DNA of 64,000 nucleotides from Tubiluchus corallicola (lineage: Eukaryota > Animalia > Priapulida). The position numbers and the translations under genes were made by a program. A model generated the notes under the pieces. It worked only from the letters and a program-made list of their open reading frames with translations, did not search any database and was not told where the DNA came from. The stretch is taken from contig JAQGDQ010000044.1 in NCBI GenBank assembly GCA_030141605.1, forward strand, positions 62,001 to 126,000, written 5' to 3'. Numbering within the stretch: the first letter of the stretch is position 1; every line of letters starts with the position of its first letter. Below, piece by piece: positions 22,501 through 35,214 of the stretch.

Positions 22501-25500
22501 TGCATAATTAAGAATAATTTAGCCTATAAATCTATAGATGTATAATGTATCACACTTAGGGTTCATGCAATGATTGTAAATGTGTTTTACAGTATTACGG
22601 CTTTATACTAAGCTGCATCAAATGCGAGTAGTTTGTGTCGAACTGCTCGTACTTGATCTCTCGTTGATAAGTCTCTTACACAAATTGCTTAAGTCAAAAT
22701 ATGAACTGCATGCCTAAAGCAACTTCGTAAGTCTGCCATCATCATCATCATTTTTAGTGGTCAGTTTTTCTGAACAATTAAAAACATTTTTACAGTTTCT
22801 GTCAAGCCAGTTGAGCAATTGGATCTTGCACCGACCCTGTCTTTACTCTTGGGGTTACCTATCCCAAGGAATAGTCTAGGAAAAGTGATCATCTCACTGC
22901 TGAAATACGGAACACCATTGCATCAGCTGAGTTTGCTACAAGCTAATGCTGCTCAGCTGCTACAGCTTCTTAATACTACCGCATCTGGTACTAAACACGG
23001 TAAGCTTTTGTAGTAATAAATTTGTGTGTTAGTTTGTTTGCTTGTTTATTTGGTTGGAGACTGGTTGGCTGGCTGGCTGACTGGCTGGTTGACTGGTTGA
23101 TTGGTTGGTTGGTTGGTTGATTGGTTGGTTGGTTGATTATGGATTAAGCACTTTAATGAATTTATGTCATTATCTTTTCTCTTCAGTTTGTTTTTCACTG
23201 TTTTTATATGAATTTCAACATACAGTCAAACTTCTTCATATGCCTACTTTGGGATGGCAAAAAAGTGGGCATTATAGCAAGTTTGACTTTGTAACGAGAT
23301 GCATTAATACATATATGTTTATGCAGAAATAGACATTCTGTTTTGCTAAAAATTTCGGCATTAAGCATGGTTCACATTATAAAAGTTGTCGTTATAATGA
23401 GGTTTCATTGCACTTGTCTTTATACAGAAGACGTACTTCAACTCTATGATTTTGCACGCTTTCTACACAAAAACATTTCTTCGGAGTTCACAGATGCAGC
23501 AGAAACGGAGGCTGTTGCTCGGTTGTATGAAGATACTATTCGATCAGCTAATCATAGGCTGTCATCGTCTCTTGCGAAATATGATGAATATGCAATTATG
23601 ATTGCAATTTTTTTCTTTTTACAGGTAAGAGTATAATAAGAGCAATTTAGTTGTAAAATGTAAAAGTTGGCATTGATAATAGTAACAGTAACTAATAGTT
23701 GTAGTAATAGTAATAGAGTAGTAATAAATGATAGTATAAAACTGCGATTATTAAATTATTGAAACCGTACTTCGCCACGCAAGGATTACTAGTTCTCATC
23801 CTGACATGTCCTTTCTTTCGGTCGGGTTTGTATTCAGGAAAATAATAATTGTCGGTTCATTCCATTACTAATTCATCTTTAAGCTATTCCCTAGATTCCT
23901 ATAAACAAAAAATCGTAATCATTTTAAATTTTGCATTTCATTCTTTTATGTAACTGACAAAGGGAGGTCTTTTTATTTTTACTTACAGATGCTCAAACAA
24001 CACTACCCATCAATTTTCAAAATCATTTGTCCAATGCTAATTGTTAATTAATATTATCAGCTTGTTTGCTTTAGGCTACACTCGTGTGCTTTGTGGAACT
24101 GTCATTTGAAGGAAAAGTTCTCTATTATCCATTAAGTCCCATTGGTGTTATCTTCTGGCTTGTACTGTGCTTGGCAGCCTGTTGTCTTCACTTGTGGGTT
24201 GTTACTAGTTCGTATCCAACAATGTTTTGCGAAGCTTCCCTGAAATCCTTCGCTTTAACAGGTATGATTTAATAACTTATAATTTGCATTTATTTCATTT
24301 TCTCAAGTATTTAATCTGAATTCAACCAAAAAAGAACAAAATTTTTTGTGGGTTTTACCAAAGATTTAAATGACTCGTGATGCTAAATTTGTAAAATATC
24401 TTTATGTAAGGCTATGAATGGAGAATGTTACTTTCTTAAGTCATGAAGAATCTTATTAATTTTGTGTTTTTTGTAATTAGTCTTAAAGTATTTATTAGAT
24501 GATGCTTGAATAAAAAAAATTATTCAGGTTAGTAGTATCGTAAATGATTTTACACTACAAAAAATTTTAGCTTTCTACATTTTTTACTGACTAGCTAAAA
24601 GTGATAGAATAGTGTCAAACTAAAGATTTCCTATTTAATAAATTCAGTAAACAATAACTTGTCTTCCTGGAAATTCTGCTGAATTGTCACTGTATGAGAT
24701 AGTGTCAACTTTTTCAAGGCTTCAAACTTGGAACATAATTTATTTTGCATAGGGCAGAGCTTATTTCTGCCATGCTGCTGTCAAATGTAAATGAACTTAT
24801 TGTCTAACCTATTATCTATTGTTCAACTTAATTAGCGATAAGGCAATCATAAAAATGTCCTCCATTAAAATTTTGTTTGTTTCGGTTTAGACACCTCATT
24901 TTGCCATTTTTTGTTTTTATTTAGCTTCAGCTCTGGTACTTTTTTGCTGCAACAATTATTGGATAATACATGCAGTGACAACTGGCTTGTCTACAACAAA
25001 CTTGCGTAAGAGCTTGAAGAAAAACGTCCAGCATGGCAATCCTCGTGATACTGTGTCCAGTGCACATGATTTTAATAAAAAAATTACTGCAAATAAAGAT
25101 CCTCAGTGTGTTTATGACATCAAGTTGCCTGGTTCGCTGCCAATATTTCAACCAAATGTGCATAACCACAGTTCCTTGAAGACATGCATCACTAAATTCT
25201 TAGTGGTTGGATCGGTATTGCAAATGCTTAGTCTAGCCTCCAGTAGCTTTGTTGAGGAGGAACATCAGACTTGGTATTTCTTTCTGACAACTCTTGTTAC
25301 TCTTGCTGCAATGGCTGTGGTAAGATGTGTTTTACAGTGTTTTAGTTTGAATTTAGAAGAAGAGTCAACATTCAAATGTCATCCCTCACCATTAGTGATT
25401 GATGACAGTGTTCAGCACTCGTTCCAGCTACAGCAAGACCAAACCTACATGTATCATTTTCAGCAAGATAAAGCTGAAAAATACAATGTGTCTCGTGCTC

Positions 25501-28500
25501 CAAGAGCACAACTTTGTCGTCAACCAAAGGCTGTGACTTCAGTCCCGCATCAAGTTCTCAATTTAAGTTCCAAAAGCACAGCTAATAATAATCGCTTTTC
25601 CAACTTGAATCTCAGGAACCCGCTGATTGTAACAAACTGTTGTTTTATCCTAGTAACTGTTAGATTACTACGCTCCTGGAATCAAACTGGCATCAAATGG
25701 GCTCACCTACCTGATATAAGTGATTTTCTAAATCAACCAGAGAATAAAGTGCTCTTATCTGTGTTAGTTATTCTCTCACTTGCGATTTTAACTTCTTATA
25801 CTTTGAGGAATCAAACATTATGGCACACTCGTATGTTTACCAGCGTTGGTTTTGTGTGCATCTATCTTTTTCGTTGTTCAAGGGGAGAATTGTGGAGTCC
25901 ATGGAGCTCAGTCATTACACAGTAAGTTTTACTGCACTCATTTTCATTTTGTTTCATACTGATTAAAAAAACACAGACTGTGAAATTAGCATTATAATTG
26001 TTGTAACTGTTTTTCCATAAACTATAATAGGTGCATGTCTAAATTATTGTCTTGAAAGTTTGGGGAATTTAGTTCCTACTGTTATTCATTCTCTTTGAGC
26101 TGTCTTGTACTGGTCAGTTGTATTTCACTTAATAGGAGTACTCCTAGGACATAGCAAATTCCATCGCTTTTTCATCTAGGCTACAGTTCCGATGGTAGCA
26201 AATTCCATGGCTTTTTCATCTAGGCTCTACAGTTCTTATTTAGAAATTTCCTAAATTGGCAGCTTCATTGTGCTGAATGGACTTTAACTGGCTTCATAAA
26301 GCCATACTCCAGGCTTCATAAAGCCATACTCCAGGCTTCATAAAGCCATACTCCGTGCATTTTCTGTTTGGACTGACTTTTGGCCCAATAGAGTTGCATG
26401 TGTATGTACTGCTTTATTTGCATGTAGATCTAAATGCACTCCAAAGCTTCCCAAAAATTGTATGTGATAAAAACAGATTTGAAATAACATGAAAAGTAGT
26501 GTTCCTATAAATAGCACTCGACAGATTGTTTGCCAGAGCCAACATTCCACTGCTTGTATGAATAATAATTTTTAAGTAAGCATTTATAATTTTGATACCA
26601 ATTTAACGTGATAGAATGAGAAATTAAAGAAATGTGAATGTTTTACTAAATGCAGCAGATTGTGGCATAATTTTTATTTAGTTTTCATGTTATTTTTTCA
26701 GAGGTTTGTTTGAAGCTCGGATTGTGTATGCCTGTTTATCTGCCATTCTTTTTAGCAGCTTTGTAAACCGATTCTCTGTTGATAAATGTGTAAGTAAAGA
26801 AATTTATTCGACAATAAATTTACTAAAGCTAAGTGACTTTAATATCTTTCTAGAGAGAGAGAGGGAGGGAGAGAGAGGGAGGAGGGAGGGGGAAAGAGAG
26901 AGAGAGACTCTTTGGTCTCTTGGGCAGAGGCGTAGCAAGAGGGGAAGGGGGGCAACAGGGGGTAGTCATCACTGGACGCAAGTGTGAGAAGGCGCAGATT
27001 TCTTCTAGAGTTTAATGACTATTAATTATTAATTTTTAGTCCGACATTAACGATTAACAAAAGTTATCAAACTATATAAAATTGCCTAGTCAGAGATCTT
27101 TATTGCTTGCTTAATTACTATGTACTATACAGCCTAGAAAAAGGCTAATGTTGTTACTTTTAATGGCATCTGCAAGGTGTCGCGTGGCTTAGCAGATCGA
27201 TAATTTTGGGAGAAACAGTTTCCTTATTTTCTAAAAATGAATGCTGATGGTATTTTATTGTGAAAGCCTCTAGTGTTCTGTGTCTTTCATAATCTTTGCA
27301 TGTTTTAATGCCGAAGCTGAATATTTAAAGACTGTCATGTTATGATTAACTTTCATAGATCACTGCACAGAAAAGAGTTACTCTGGTGCAGTACTGCAAA
27401 TCAAACTCAGGGTGATTCTTAGAAAAAATCGTTTATCTTTATCCCATCACGTCGAAAAAGAAAAGTGGATGGCTGAGGAACGCAAAAAATGTGTACAATT
27501 TGTAGTTTCACCAGCAAAACAAATTATCAAAACATTAAAAGGGTAGGGCGCCAAATGTTCTTTTGCCCCTGGGCCCATGTAACAAAAGCACTTGCTAAGC
27601 CACTGCTCTTGAGAGCACGCCACGATGGACTTTTGCCATTTCAAAAAATTCCACAAAGTCGCTCTGTAATTTTCTACTGGAAGCTTTCAGTCTCTTGACT
27701 TTCATCAGTTAGTATAGCGTGCTGCAGTCAACTTACAGCAAGCCAGAAACTAGAGTTTTTATACTGAAATAAGCCTTGAGACTTCAGAGCAATTTCGACT
27801 ACACGCACTTCCACAAGCTTGATGTAACATAACCATTAATAAAGATCAAAATTTGTAACTGATGTCTAAGTTGAGTACTACATTTTGTTTCGTATAAGAC
27901 GTAATTGTAACAAGCAAATATACCGAAAAGAAATGTTAATATGTGTTTGTTTTTATAATACTAATGTTGTTTTTTCATTGTACTTACATGTATTTTTAAT
28001 AATACTAATAATTGTGTTACAACATTACAATGCCAGAAACATCACTAAGTTTAAATTACCTCATATCAAAACAGAAATATATAAGAAAGTTTTGTTTCCT
28101 ACTGCTTATTTAACTGTCAGTGAATCTTACTTTTATCCTTTGCTTCATTACTGCACATTTATGCAAACTTTATTCAGATTTTTGCTCAAATACTGTTTAG
28201 TAAACTTTTTGCATGTTTTAATTTTAAGTGTTTTATCAATTGACTGTATTTTGGGTAATTTTATCAATTTTGTTTTGTTTTAAATCATGTACTAATCCAG
28301 CTTTTGCCGCAATTTTATCGAACTATTATAGTTAGTAAGTTACAAAAGAGGAAAAAACATTGTAAATATGTCTTTTATCCTGTTCTTTTATATGGTACGT
28401 TAATACTGAAATAAAGATATAACTAAAACATGAAAAAATAAGAAGTTATTTCCGAGTTCTGGTTTATGTTAGATTACGATGTGGCTGCTGTTGTCATGTC

Positions 28501-31500
28501 TCTTGCTACGACCGCACAATATTCCAGTAGTGTGTCTGACTGTCATAACAGAAGCTGGTTTCTCAGCTTTCGTACCTCAAGTCACTCACTTTGATGCTCG
28601 TCTGATGACACTGGCATACACCTGGCTTGGACAGGCTGCATTTTATTGGCAGGTAATTTGTTATTTATGCCTACTGGTTAAAGGACAAGCAAGCACTCTG
28701 TATAAATAAAGCATGAAAGATTTGTCTTGAGATGTTGTACCATTTGCAGCACACATTTCACTGATTAAGCAAAAGTATAAATTACTTCGTCTTGTCAATA
28801 AGAATAAAAATGTGTTTTTTAGTGAGTCAGAGGTGCACTCTGGGAAGGTGAATCAGTGACATTTTACCAATTGGCATGAACATTTTAATTACTAAGAATT
28901 TTCTTTTCTAGTTACATAAAGCTTTTCAAGCATGTAATGCTAAGTAATATAACATTGTGGGGAAAGTGTTTTGGGACGTATTTTAAAATTGCCTTTTCTT
29001 CCAGTATAAATAAAACTCGCAGATGCAGTTGAAAATAACCGAAACAGTATAATCAGTTCTTTGTTTTACAATTCATTGTAAATGTTAAGTACAACATAAG
29101 TATAACATAGCCATCATTTTCTGAAAATTTCATTCATTTACCTGTAAATTATTGACAATACGGTTAATTAGAGAAGCTGAGGAAAGTAAATTAACTAGAA
29201 AGAAGTTGCTGCATACTTGCTAGAAAGTACTTGCTGCTGTTTAGTTGATACTAAATTTTTGCATTTTTCTAGGGAAACTCCAACAGTCTCGCTTCTGTCG
29301 ATATTGCTGCTGGTTATGTTGGACTTTCAGAACACCATTCAATTACTTTCTTATTATTGACATTATGTGCTACGTACAGTGGACCTGTGTACTGTATGAT
29401 GTGCCTCTTCAAAACTCATGCAGATTCTGACAGGTATTGTATATAATGTTAGTGTCTCAAACAACAGCAAGGCCTATAATATTAATAGTGTCTTTGCTTT
29501 GTATAATTCCTATGCAATTTTAAACTATGTTGTGTTTAATGAGAAGATCACTAGACGCTTTGAAGTAAAAGCACTGTATATTTAAAGCACATGAAAACCC
29601 TCCACTTACGTTAAGCTGTTTTTCTTGAAATTTTATACCACTTACATACTGCCTTTTTGTATGGGAAATAAAGCTGCATAATTTTAACTCCCATGATGAC
29701 CGTTAGGTGCAGGCATTTTAATGGTTGGTCATTGGAAACAAGTTTAGGTAACATTTCGTGAAGTTTGAAAAAATAATTAGAGCATTTGTAGCACACATGT
29801 TACTAACTAAGTATAATTTTAAATTACTGAATCTTGTCAATAAAATTAAAAATACATTTTTGGGATGTAATTTAACATTGCCTTTTCTTTCCCCGATTTA
29901 CATTTGCATAGGTGACGTCATGTAATGAAACAGTATTGCGGGAAATTTAAAATAAAAGCAAACAAAATTTCCTTTTAATGCAAGTACGATATATGCATGA
30001 AAATGCTGTAAAGTCATATAATTTTTATGGTGATTTTTCTGAAACCTACTTTAGGTACCCCTTTTCTTGTCCTTTAAGAATGGCCTTGCCCATCTGAAAT
30101 TGTGATTAATGAAACAGATTTTAAATAATAATGGTTTGAAAAGAGGAGCCTCCTAGATGTCAGAACAACTGCACACTCATTATCTGTATGAGTAACAACT
30201 AATTAATTTGAAATTACATATGAAGAATGTCTCGGAGTTATATAAACTGCAAACAGTAAATGCTAGCAGCGGTTTAAAAAAACTGAAATGGAACTAATAT
30301 TTAAATTTTGCATCTGTCACTTTGAAAAACACTCTATTGTAGTCTGGTATTGTGTTTACAGAATTAAAATTTCCCGGGGCTGCTATATTGTTTGATGCAC
30401 ATTAAGAATGTCTATTTGCAAAAATAAGCCACCTTTTCCCCATCTACCATACCCATGGTATGCTTCCTCCGAAGAAACTTCTGATTTCACATGAATATTA
30501 GTTAAGTAAGATAATGATGCAAATACCGTATTACAAATGTGGGCAAGTAGGAAGCTATAAGTTCCTGAAAGTTTTGCAAGTTTCTACAATTGTGTGAGGT
30601 AATAAGGACTCAGAAAACTTACACATTTCCTGCGTTTGAAAAATTTGAAAGCATTTTTTACTTAAAATTGAGAGTTTTATATACCAAATGTCTGCTAAAA
30701 TTTCGGTTTCATAAATTCTTGTTCTGTAAAATTTCAGAAAGTTTTGAAGTTATGGTTTGTGTCATTTCTTACTTTTTTTAATTATGCCCATAAGACAATT
30801 TACAGTTGCCAACTGAGCAAATTTGCCAATACATGTATATTATAAGATGCTAAATGTAGAATAATCTCTAGTAGAAACATCCTTTAAGTTAAATGTAAAA
30901 ACTTTCAATATTGGAAAATCTAATAATACACAAATTTCTCCTTTACAGAGCTTTTGAATACTGGAGCATGTAATATAACTGTACAAATGCAACTCTATAG
31001 CAGTGCTGAGCCCGTCCTGCTGACCTATTTGCTGGAATACTTACAATAAAGTTAATGAATAAAGACAACCTGTTACTATAGCTACAGCTAACACCAAAAA
31101 AACAGGTCTGGAAAGTGATTCATCCTGTTTATATCCAGCTATAGTGCTTCAAAGTTAATCGTTATTTACCAGGAACTGAGGTAAACGAACAAAGGCTTCG
31201 TCGTCCGCATTTGGCCCGCAACCCATTAGTTACCCACCTCTTCCATCTTTGTTTCATGTTTGTTTGGTAATGACAGTAGCTGCAGTTCAAACATTTAAAG
31301 ACATAAGAATTTTGTATCAAAGAGAATCATTGCCCATCTCTTTGTTGACAATCAAGTGAAAAATGATTTGCTTACATAGCTTTGTTTAAACGTAAAATAA
31401 ATTTGCGCCAAACAGCCAAGATGCATTTATAATTGTTCCAAGGTTCGTATTCGTCACTTTACTTCAGAAGTCGGCTGTCAATTGAAGTAGAATGGATTAG

Positions 31501-31921
31501 TCACCTGATTGCATCTGAATTTAGACTTTGCATTTGAAATGATTCAATTCGAAATTAAAAGTTTGGAGCTCAGTTCGAATGTTAGTCGAAAACTTTTTTC
31601 GTGATTGTTTTGCTGTTCTCACACAAATGTGAACGCAGTTGGTTTCCTCAATATCCTTTACTGTCTATCGTGTTCGCTTGTTAGTGTGTTGTCTTTTTTT
31701 TTAGGTGGAAGGATGATTACCGTATTGCCTCACTGGTGTCACTACTGTTGCAATGTTGCTGTCTCCTCTTCTATGCTTTGGTTGTATTTATCCAAAGATT
31801 TCATTTATTCATTTGGAGTGTCTTTTTGCCCAAGCTACTGTACGAGGTCACACATACGCTCGTCGTTGTAGTGTTCGTTATCACTGTCAGAATTTATCTT
31901 GCTAAGACGGCCTGTCTTTAA
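19542..31921 (+). CDS. PIGG: GPI ethanolamine phosphate transferase 2 (PIG-G); multi-exon, 5' exons not found in the window
   Basis: Phase-consistent GT-AG exons: 19542-19640 (AITTGTVPSFLDVVFN...EDNVIHQ), 20477-20587 (FYGDDTWLKLFP...DGTSSFFVTDYTE), 20840-21028 (VDNNVTRHL...LHYLGLDHIGH), 21484-21634 (CGDHGMSDAGSHGGS), 22796-22999 (QLDLAPTLSLLLGLPIPRNSLG), 23428-23624, 24075-24261, 24925-25921 (SSSFVEEEHQTWYF, WNQTGIKW), 26702-26789 (GLFEAR), 28473-28652 (LLRPHN), 29273-29433 (GNSNSLASVDIAAGYVG), 31705-31921 (RFHLFIWSVFLPKLLYE, stop). Motifs match recalled human PIGG. Confidence 0.95.
21718..22280. mobile_element. Putative piggyBac-like non-autonomous element in a PIGG intron
   Basis: TTAA-ccctctgtcacc ... 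ggtggaggagag-TTAA: imperfect TIR bounded by TTAA. Confidence 0.5.
23040..23136. repeat. (TGGT/TGGC)n microsatellite
   Basis: Read directly from the sequence. Confidence 0.9.
26150..26353. repeat. Short tandem duplications (about 44 bp x2 and 22 bp x3)
   Basis: tagcaaattccat.gctttttcatctaggct occurs twice; ggcttcataaagccatactcc occurs three times. Confidence 0.85.
26850..26907. repeat. (GA)n / polypurine tract
   Basis: Read directly from the sequence. Confidence 0.9.
26925..27605. mobile_element. hAT-type MITE in a PIGG intron
   Basis: TIR cagaggcgtagcaag / cttgctaagccactg; 8-bp TSD ctcttggg / ctcttgag. Confidence 0.85.
28740..29000. mobile_element. Partial copy of the Kolobok-like family
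   Basis: gtgagtcag.ggtgcactctgggaaggtgaat matches the reverse complement of 44940-45030. Confidence 0.6.
29582..30077. mobile_element. Kolobok-like non-autonomous element (TTAA-flanked, RR termini)
   Basis: TTAAAG...CTTTAA ends; interior homologous (inverted) to 44823-45271. Confidence 0.7.
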
Positions 31922-32894
31922 GTTATACTCATGCATAAAACATAGCTATTGTGTCTGTTAACGAATGGTAAGTTGCCTTTCCTGCTTCTATGACTTAAGC
32001 CTTCATTTTGAAGTCTTAAACTTGAAGAAATATGAATATGTTGTCTCTTCATTGCATTTTTTAAAATTATGTTTTGTTTTCTTATTTATATTATTTTGTT
32101 TAGCTCTTTGCATTAACTTTGTAATCGCAATATTGAATACATAAATGTGTATATTAGTAGAATTTTTCCTTGTAGATAGAGGGGCTGTGTTATTATTGCT
32201 TATAATAGTATAAAATAAAGATTTATTATTATTATTATTATTATTATTGCATATTAACATTATGTGACGGCTATTCTCAGCAGATCTCTATTTCAAAGCT
32301 TGTTCATAAGCCAATACCAGGTTATACTGAGGCGTGACGTTTTCATAACCACTGCCTTTAGTAATGTAAGGGATGCTGAAATCTTTTTTAGGTCTGATAA
32401 AATAAAAACGATGATTTATTCAAGCTGTGACAGTTAGCAAGTGACAGTGCTAACTATCAAAGTAACAATAAACAATTTTTTATTATTTTCTAATTCAATG
32501 CATCTTGATTTCATCAGCATTAAATAGACCTGCAATTCAAATCTGGCTTCTTTGTGTAGTAGTGTCAAGTTTCTCATTTAAGCACATTTCCTAGTCATTG
32601 TTAACAATGTTATTATTTTGTTATAATTACAATGTCTCTCCAAAAATTTGTCTAATTTAGCAGGATTTCTTGAATTTTAGTGTTAAACAAAGAATGAATT
32701 AATCTTATGATTTACATAAACTTTGTCACATTATTACATGATTGTATCATAGTACCATCTCTCTTAACAGTCCTCTCTGATGTATGATGCCTTGTACAAA
32801 AAAGAGCCAGCCTCTAAGAATCAACATGTTCATTGAGTATAGGCGATCGTTTCAACTTTAAGGTTCATTGCCAGTAGCATACGCCTGGCCAAAA

Positions 32895-33140
32895 AAGGAA
32901 TAATTAGTACGTTGATACTAAAATACTAAGGCACAAAATGTTATTACAAATCAAAAGAGTAGTCAAAATAAACCTGATATAACTAGAAGAAATTTCAACG
33001 AAATGTTAAAAATTTTTACATTTCTTTGCAATTTCTTGTAGTTATATAAGGTTTATTTTGCCATTTTTAAAATTCTGCTCTATTGATTTATAATGATATT
33101 TTGTGCTTTAGTATCATCAATGTACTAATCATTCTATTTT
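32895..33140. repeat. About 245-bp imperfect palindrome (foldback)
   Basis: Arms such as aattagtac.ttgatac...gcacaaaat...aaatcaa and caaaataaacct.atataacta.aagaaatt pair with their reverse complements around a centre at about 33011. Confidence 0.85.
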
Positions 33141-33246
33141 AGCTTGATTTATAGTACTGATCAAGTACTGATTTATAGTTACAGTCAAAACAATTGTTTA
33201 CGCTCAATAAACACGTTGTATAATCTCTGTGTCTCTGATTCCTTTG

Positions 33247-34290
33247 TCAGTATTTTTCATATTCATCTTGTGCGGGAGACGTAACTGTTATAGGAATCAC
33301 ACGGCTCTCGAGGAACGATGTTTCACGAATCAGTCTGGCTTGCACTGCCGTCTTGCAGCCAAGAGTCGCTTTGAATGCGTAACGGAAATCGTTGTTTTTC
33401 CAGGCATATATTATTGGATTTAGCAAAGAGTTGGAAAATGTCAGAAGGTAGCAGCACCGTCGGAGAATTGCATACACTGGATGCCATGGCGTAAGGATTA
33501 CTATCAGACACATTATGTTGAATGGTAACCAACAAGTGATAAAGGTTCCTACGACAATGAACAATAACTTTGCAGCTTTATTGTTTTTCTTGTATGTCCT
33601 GTCTTGAGAGTTTTCACTGTGTGTCTGACGCATGTGTTGCCGTGCAATGTTAAACAGACGCGTGTAAATGACGAGCATGCATATTGCAGTAGAGAAAAAA
33701 TGCACGCTCAGAAAATAAATGAAGATTTCGTTTAGCGTATACTCAAACAGGCATACTCCACCGGGTACAAATTTGCTTTTGTAGTGAGCCCAGCTACTAA
33801 CAAAAAGTGAATAGAACCAAGTACAGCCAATGATCATTTTCACACGATGTGGTTTCACTATTGTTGGGTATTGCAATGGATAAGAGATAGCAACATAACG
33901 GTCCACTGTGACTGCCAGTAAAGTCATGATCGACTCTAATAAAAGCATAGTTGTGATGTTATACAGCAACAAGCAAACAAATTTGGATAACTTTTCCGGC
34001 ACGGCTATGACGAGCGTCAGTGTAAAATGCATCAGCACCCCCGTCATCATGTCTGTAGCTGCAAGATTTGCAATATAATAATTTGAGTATGTCTGAAGTT
34101 TTTCGTACTTCAAAACGGCAATGATGACAAGAACGTTCGCGATTTCGATGCACACGGCAAGTACATTAAACACAAATAGACTTGTAATTAATACACCTTC
34201 CGATGTCTTCTGCAAAGAGAAAGAATTATCTTGATTTATGATAGAGCCATTAGATATTCTGTCGGTAGCACTATAACTTATATCTGTCAT
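33247..34290 (-). CDS. Intronless class A orphan GPCR, cluster 2 gene F
   Basis: 347 aa; LAATD, Cys3.25 plus ECL2 Cys (GGVCLFE), DRY, CWLPF, NPIIY, FRYAF. Confidence 0.95.
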   Translation of the reverse strand: MTDISYSATDRISNGSIINQDNSFSLQKTSEGVLITSLFVFNVLAVCIEIANVLVIIAVLKYEKLQTYSNYYIANLAATDMMTGVLMHFTLTLVIAVPEKLSKFVCLLLYNITTMLLLESIMTLLAVTVDRYVAISYPLQYPTIVKPHRVKMIIGCTWFYSLFVSSWAHYKSKFVPGGVCLFEYTLNEIFIYFLSVHFFSTAICMLVIYTRLFNIARQHMRQTHSENSQDRTYKKNNKAAKLLFIVVGTFITCWLPFNIMCLIVILTPWHPVYAILRRCCYLLTFSNSLLNPIIYAWKNNDFRYAFKATLGCKTAVQARLIRETSFLESRVIPITVTSPAQDEYEKY

Positions 34291-34904
34291 ATTGCCGTCT
34301 TTTAAGACTTTTTAGAGCCTTTCCTTTGTGTGCAAGTTTTGCCAATGTTTCTACATCGTATTCTCCAAAAAACCGTGAAAGCGTGAGCGAAAAAGATGGC
34401 TCGTACGCGGAAAATCGTTGTAAGTGTTCATTTCTGTTACGTGACCAGAAGCACTTAAGAGCCATTCTCATTTTTAGTGCTGCAGATACATTCGATTGAT
34501 TTTTGTAACATAATAACAGGGTAATTGCCTGAATACGTAACAAAGAATCCAGCTAATTGCCTATAAAAGGTTTGTCATGAAAACCTATACATCCTTGCAA
34601 GCGAATCTTCACCATGTCTTTATTGACTAAACACATTAACACCATGAAGTGTTAATTCATTAAGTATAGAAAATAGTGACATTAGCAGTAAGCTGAGATT
34701 TGTTACGTCATCATCGTGGCATTAGAAATGTTAGGCAAGCAACAAAGTGGAAATGTATGAAATGTAATAAATAAAAATATTTTCATTACGTATCTTATTT
34801 TCACTCTAATATTCTAGCCATTTTTAAACTAACCCAAAAGAGGTCTGTGTACCTTAAGTAAAAACCCTGGAAACAAGGCTTATGTGGCCAAAACTGGCAA
34901 TTAT

Positions 34905-35214
34905 CGATTCTAATAACAGCATAGTCGTGGTATCGTACAAGAACAAGCACGACTTTAGTCAGCTTTTTTGGCACAGTTATGATGAGTGTTGCCGAAAAAT
35001 GCCTCAGTACCTCGGTGAGCTTGTCAATAAAAGCTGAATTTGCAACATAGTAGTTTGAATACGACTGAAGTCTTTCATACTTCAAGATGGCAATAACAAC
35101 AAGGACATTTGCGAACTCCATGCATATACCCAGTATGTTAAACCTGCAATGTGCCGTCAATACATTTTCCAATGATTGCTTCAATTCAGCGCTGTTGTTA
35201 CTTGTGTCTGTCAT
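34905..35214 (-). pseudogene. 3'-truncated paralogue of the cluster 2 GPCRs
   Basis: MTDTSNN...CMEFANVLVVIAILKYERLQSYSNYYVAN; frameshift in TM3 and similarity lost after LLESI. Confidence 0.87.

Noticed and set aside
26790-26830. Extending the PIGG exon through VSKEIYST (resembles human WEIYSG)
   Set aside because: A strong GTAAGT donor at 26790 is in phase with the next exon and I found no later canonical donor; left unresolved.
34271-34543. 90-aa ORF (and its paralogue 35292-35519) as a separate gene
   Set aside because: Non-ATG starts and no recognisable domain; the similarity is explained by co-duplicated upstream DNA.
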